Assembly: GCA_003141835.1 (NCBI GenBank)
Contig: PLNR01000009.1
Span: forward strand, 8,307-72,306
Origin: Candidatus Omnitrophota bacterium
GTDB lineage: Bacteria; Omnitrophota; Gorgyraeia; Pluralincolimonadales; Pluralincolimonadaceae
DNA: 64,000 nucleotides
Direction of reading: 5' to 3'
Shown here: in pieces, positions 63,089 to 64,000 of the stretch
Position numbering within the stretch: position 1 is the first letter of the stretch
Layout: each line of letters starts with the position of its first letter
The notes under the pieces: generated by a model
Database searches by the model: none
What the model saw: the letters and a program-made list of their open reading frames with translations, nothing else
What the model was told of the DNA's origin: nothing
Position numbers and translations under genes: made by a program

Positions 63089-64000
63089 TCCCTCCCAATG
63101 CGGTTATGAGGCCGAAGAGCGGCATGAACATCGAGACTACTATAAAGCCGACTATCAGGCCCATGCCGATTATCAAGAAAGGTTCCAGTAAGGACATAAG
63201 TCCCGTTACCGTGACATCCACTTCTTCATCGTACACATCGGCGATCTTCAACAGCATCTGGTCGAGGGCGCCGGTCTCCTCGCCTACGGATATCATGTTA
63301 ACGGCCATCGCCGGGAACAATCCGGCTTTCAGGAGCGGCTTGGCCACGGTCTCGCCTTCACGGACGCTGTCATGGACGTGGATTATCGACTGCGCCATGA
63401 CCTCGTTACCTGTCGTATCTTTCGCGACCATGAGCGACTGAAGTATCGGCACGCCGCTCGAAAGCAAAGTGCCCAACGTCCTCGAGAAGCGCGCGATAGC
63501 TATCCTCCGGATCAACGGCCCCATTACGGGAAGCTCCAATTTTATCCTGTCGATCACCAGCCTCGTCGCCGCTATCTTTGACAGGATCGTATAGGTCACG
63601 ATGAAAAAGATGATGAGCCCGAGGCCTATAAACCACCTGTCCTTCATCAAACTGCTGATGAAGAGGAGTACCCTTGTCGGAGGAGGCAAGGCGACGTTCA
63701 TTTCTTTGAATATCATCATGAATTTCGGGACTATGAAAGTTATCAGGAAAAATAATACCGAAAGAGCCAACGTCAGGACAAGGGCGGGATATATAAGCGC
63801 GGCCTTTATCCTGCTGTTCAATTTCTGCGATTTCTCTGCGAATTCGGCCAGTCGCGTCAATACGAGCTCAAGGACGCCGCCGGTCTCGCCGGCCTTTACC
63901 GTGTTTACATAAAGCGGCGGGAAGGCTTTCGGATATTTAGAGAGGGCTTCAGAGAAAGAACTTCCGCCTTCTACCTGTTCGGCCAGGCCGCGGATAGTCG
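63081..64000 (-). CDS. gspF: T2SS/T4P platform protein GspF/PilC (3' part; starts outside the window)
   Basis: AGETGG.L, ALIYP, RFSRTLGTLLSSGVPIL, VGEETGAL, LLEP, MFMPLF; frame open to the window edge. Confidence 0.92.
   Translation of the reverse strand, partial: TIRGLAEQVEGGSSFSEALSKYPKAFPPLYVNTVKAGETGGVLELVLTRLAEFAEKSQKLNSRIKAALIYPALVLTLALSVLFFLITFIVPKFMMIFKEMNVALPPPTRVLLFISSLMKDRWFIGLGLIIFFIVTYTILSKIAATRLVIDRIKLELPVMGPLIRRIAIARFSRTLGTLLSSGVPILQSLMVAKDTTGNEVMAQSIIHVHDSVREGETVAKPLLKAGLFPAMAVNMISVGEETGALDQMLLKIADVYDEEVDVTVTGLMSLLEPFLIIGMGLIVGFIVVSMFMPLFGLITALGGNG

Noticed and set aside
240-63912. Numerous plus-strand ORFs (60-280 aa) and short alternative-frame minus ORFs in the ORF track
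   Set aside because: All overlap well-supported minus-strand genes and have no recognisable motifs; they look like antisense or shadow frames.

Overview
Bacterial chromosomal segment in which every supportable gene lies on the minus strand. Lineage is inferred, not shown: PVC superphylum, probably Omnitrophota-like, from the Amuc_1098-1101-type pilus/secretin block, the gene order polA-coaE-rho and rpmE-prfA-prmC...rpsP-trmD-rplS-rnhB, and many secreted galactose-binding-fold proteins. In transcription order (right to left): (1) a hybrid T2SS/type IV pilus locus with gspF, gspG, I-like and J-like pilins, two giant GspK/PilX-like paralogs, a PilM-PilN fusion, PilO- and PilP-like genes, and a secretin apparently split into one TPR+N0 gene and two separate N3+secretin genes; (2) housekeeping genes from polA to rlmN, plus a secreted GH2-like glycosidase; (3) an AT-rich ~14.5 kb four-gene accessory island encoding a 2304-aa lectin/Ig surface protein with a C-terminal LolA-like domain, a membrane-anchored repeat protein, a secreted lipase-like alpha/beta hydrolase and a 1325-aa carbohydrate-binding protein, with a terminator hairpin at the start of the first gene; (4) a one-carbon operon fhs-fchA-folD-metV-metF-metH(activation)-metH-panB-nfnAB; (5) four PP-loop enzymes (mnmA, larE-like, DUF71, tilS) around tRNA-Met, then the 5' end of ftsH. 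Best candidates for novelty: the split/duplicated secretin with two lectin-bearing tip pilins, the adhesin-LolA/lipase island and its attenuator-like leader, in-frame palindromic DNA insertions in trmD and rlmN, and the in-frame metF TAG/ATC junction. All calls come from reading motifs by eye; no database searches were run.
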